Assembly (NCBI RefSeq): GCF_052425735.1
Contig: NC_135770.1
Location: 26,164,001-26,228,000 of the forward strand
Direction of reading: 5' to 3'
From: Oculina patagonica
Lineage: Eukaryota
DNA: 64,000 nt
This document shows positions 61,582-64,000 of this stretch, in pieces. The notes beneath the pieces were generated by a model. That model did no database searches and had not been told where the DNA came from. It saw only the letters and a program-made list of their open reading frames with translations. Both the position numbers and the translations under genes were made by a program. Each line of letters opens with the position of its first letter. The first letter of the stretch is position 1.

Positions 61582-62559
61582 TAGTATTTTGTTTAACCAC
61601 AAACAGACCATTATTGTCACTGGTTGTTTTCGCTACACCAAGATAACATTCAAGTTAAATTACACGGAGAATTAAGAAATGAAAAACCCCTTCTAGCTTG
61701 TCTGTGACTGTGATGTTAATAGGGTCAGATAATAGGGGCTCAAGGCTTCACATCCGGTGATAACCCCCCACCCCCACGCCGGAAATACGCCCCCTCCCCT
61801 GGATGATCACAGGAATCCACAGCCAACAGGGCTTTGCTTGATTATTATTTCCATCAACACTGCCACGGCTTGTTTCGAAACGGTTTTATTATTTCATCAA
61901 TTCAAGGTAGCAAGCTCCTACGTTTATACAACCCACCAAAACCACTAAATAAGTTGTCCGGGCACTTTACGTTCGGTATTCCTCAGGGTATTTGTAACCA
62001 TGCCTTCTCTCGAGTGACATGTCATTGCGTGACAGATCAAGAAGCGAAAGTCGAACCGCCATTTTCGCTTTAGTTGATCTTCTGCAATATTAACGGCCAA
62101 AACACGGTTTTTAAAACGTGAAAACAAGTTTCTTCCATAAAGTGGCCGGTTGGACCTGTCAAGACAGAAATGAGATGTTTTTTTGCAAGAACCATCCGGA
62201 ATAGTTATTGCTGATTTACTAAATTCCGAGTGTGCGATTTGTGAAACACCGTCCGAGTGACGAAATATTTGAAACGAAAGCAGGATACAAAGCAATCTTC
62301 AACAAATTTTTACACAAGGTAAGCGAAATATGTCGAGTTTCAGATCAAGTAGAGTGCTAACTAATAAGATTTTGTTGTAATTTTTGCTTTGAGAAGGGAA
62401 AGCGTATTTTGATTATCTGCGGTTGTTGACATTTTGGTGTTGTGATTTCGTCCAAATAGGTCAAATAGAAAGGGGTAGTTCTTGGTGCTAATTTAAAGCC
62501 CCAGACTAATTTTTAAACCATTATAAAGAACATCATTTCCACTTATCAAAACCCAAGTT

Positions 62560-62970
62560 TTAAGTGAGACCGAGTTATACCGCATAGGAAAAGTGTTCCT
62601 TGAAAAACTGCTTCAAAGTTTGATTTTTTATCAATCAAATTTTAGTGATTTTTAAACAGGCTCCAGAAAATTCAAATTAACCTTAATAATCACATTCTTA
62701 GACTCAAATCATTCGTTAATGCCTCCTTTACAAATATAACAATTCTAGAAAAGCCTGCTTTATTTTGCGCTTGTGAGCAGCAAAGTTCTTGTGCTCTTAC
62801 TCGCGGTATGAAATTCGGACATTTTATGGCTGTCGGCACTCGTGACAGTTTTTATTTTTTTTTTTACAAACAAAGATAGCTTTAAAAGGAAAAAAACACA
62901 CCACGTTGATTGACTCACCATAAGGTATCTCTGAAAAAAAAAAAAAAATTGAGAGTAGTCCTGTCTTAAT
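62560..62970. mobile_element. Repeat copy inverted relative to about 57780-58270 (same MITE family)
   Basis: tagactcaaatcattcgttaatgcctcct and ataccgcataggaaaagtgtt match 58100-58255 in reverse complement. Confidence 0.55.
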
Positions 62971-64000
62971 TTTGTACCACATCTCACTCGGTCACGGAAA
63001 AAAATCGCTCTTATTATATCGATGTCATCTTAATTACCGTAACGTGCACAAGAAAGCTTATATAGCTAATATTACAAGTGTTATAGGGTTTCTCTTTCTT
63101 CCGCTACCTCCTATACTGTACGTAGTTTTCTCCATGTTTTATGTGGCAAACTAATGCTTAGAATGCTCCAGAATCATATACAATTTTGAAGCTAATCACT
63201 TAAACAAATGTGAGCCCAGCAAGAACGAAACAACTACGAACAATCAAGTAGTTAATGAAATAAAAAATTTTCAATGCCTCGCATCAGAAACGGAAAATAG
63301 GTCCTCGAAAAGAAAAAAAAAATTGTAACCTGGCGGCAAAACAAAAGCCTTAGATTTCTTTAGACTGAAATCGAAACGAAAGACAGGACAACTCTAAAAT
63401 TTCAGGAAGAAGAACACACACAAAAAATACGCACCACTGATGCGTTCTAAAACTGAGCTAAAGGACTGAGCTGAGACATATTGCCAGGTTTTAAAATGAC
63501 AAGTCTCTTCGATACTGCTTAGAAAGAATAGTCGACTGCTTAACTTTGTGATCTTTCTCTTGCTTTGGTTGGCCGACAAATGTTGGGTGGCCCAGTTAAC
63601 AGTCGGTTAATGTTACTGTAAAACCAACTTTCAAAAAACCTTATATTTCAGAACTGTATTGAAGCATATGCAAACGAAAAAGCCATTCAAACATCACTTA
63701 ACAATCAAGGGCACTCGTGGTTCAACGCACGCGGGATATAGGAAAGCTTTATTATATACAAAGCCGTCGTTTAAAGGTGGTAGAAAGTATATGCGTTTCA
63801 GTAATCTGCTGACACAATTTGATTTTTTTCTGATTCTTAAGCTGAACCCAAGAACTGCATGGTGCCAAACGTTTAATTCCTAAGTTTAAAGCTTTAAGAA
63901 TTAGCCTGAATACTAAAATCAGTAACCTTGGAGAAAAGACTAGTTTTCCATAAAAGTGAAACGTAACAGTGGACTTACTATATTTAAGAGGAACGTGAAT

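Overview
This is AT-rich, intron-containing animal DNA. The repeat inventory suggests an anthozoan, probably a stony coral, but that is an inference. There are two assembly gaps (1712-2007, 3887-4275). The window is dominated by two paralogous polycystin-1-family (PKD1-like/REJ) genes arranged tail-to-tail. Gene A (+, <1..20429) reads F5/8 type C (discoidin) repeats, 2 Ca-EGF, REJ, GAIN/GPS, TM1, PLAT, TM, polycystin channel. Gene B (-, about 58754/55694..26608) reads 10 EGF-like plus 2 VWA, REJ, GAIN/GPS, TM1, PLAT, TM, polycystin channel. From REJ to the stop codon the two genes share 11 exons with identical intron phases, but their distal ectodomains are built from different phase-1 adhesion modules. 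Each head carries one damaged module: a truncated discoidin exon in A and a frameshifted VWA exon in B. Both genes have a double furin-like/Cys motif shortly before an intact GPS cleavage site. Between the genes lie minus-strand exon-like remnants, including a terminal exon ending in a CaaX box (CVLS). Introns contain a decayed LINE, LINE/SINE tails, many MITEs (Harbinger-, Academ-, Kolobok- and EnSpm-like), long-hairpin Crypton-like elements, and one T-depleted segment that is probably low-quality sequence. Exon boundaries were read by hand from GT/AG sites and reading frames. No database searches were run.
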